Below are positions 63,564 through 64,000 of a DNA stretch of 64,000 nucleotides, piece by piece (the stretch's first letter is position 1; each line of letters opens with the position of its first letter). The notes below the pieces were generated by a model. It made no database searches. It was not told the DNA's origin and saw only the letters and a program-made list of their open reading frames with translations. Origin of the DNA: Octopus bimaculoides (Eukaryota). The translations under genes were made by a program, and so were the position numbers. The stretch spans positions 18,899,401 to 18,963,400 of the forward strand of contig NC_069001.1 in the NCBI RefSeq assembly GCF_001194135.2, in the 5' to 3' direction.

Positions 63564-64000
63564 TAATGATGACTTCTCCATCAGGCTGAGGGGTGACTTT
63601 AATGAGTATTGGGAAGTGGAGCATAATTGATTCAGTTGACCCTCAAATTAAATTTGATACTTTATTTTAGTGACCCTGGGAGTATAAAAGACAAAAGTCA
63701 ACTTAATCTCGATGTGTGTGCACGTGCGCACATGTATTTATGTATGTATGTCTGCCTGTCATTATTCTGTTTTATTTCAAGATTTCTTGCAGGTTTCTAA
63801 CCTAGATCCAAAGCTCCTTCATTGGAATTTTAACATCAACAGGGTATTTTTGTATGTATGTATGTATGTATGTATAAATGCAGTTTTTTATGTTTTGTTT
63901 TACGTATGTATTCTCGTGTCTAAACATATTCATTTATATTTAAATGATAAACTTCTGGAAAGTTTTTCAAATTTTTATAGTTCCAGTGATGGTATGGATC

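Overview
AT-rich eukaryotic DNA made mostly of repeats, with five N-gaps (6494-6593, 23615-24104, 44217-44611, 54534-54543, 59398-59924). The SINE and RTE-tail families resemble those of octopod cephalopods; this is an inference from remembered repeat sequences, not a database search. No intact protein-coding gene is visible. Most ORFs in the track are microsatellite, gap or transposon artefacts. The window is probably intronic or intergenic, with one good 36-nt candidate exon (54326-54361, +). Contents: about 8 decayed Tc1/mariner elements, three R4/Dong-like LINE pieces, RTE and CR1-like LINE pieces, a Ty3/gypsy LTR-PBS-gag remnant, Helitron/Helentron pieces, Merlin, hAT and piggyBac non-autonomous elements, many tRNA-derived SINEs, and Penelope-like (PLE) RT and GIY-YIG remnants. 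The most notable signal is six type I hammerhead-ribozyme-like motifs in four unrelated sequence contexts, most with a palindromic minimal helix III. They are: an apparently intact motif downstream of the PLE endonuclease (2093-2145); a tandem pair 456 nt apart that looks like a retrozyme or PLE terminal repeat (4297-4814, minus strand); a back-to-back mutated pair in a 142-bp palindrome (2903-3044); and a variant with no helix III loop (55014-55050, minus strand). All structures were paired by eye; no folding software or homology search was run.
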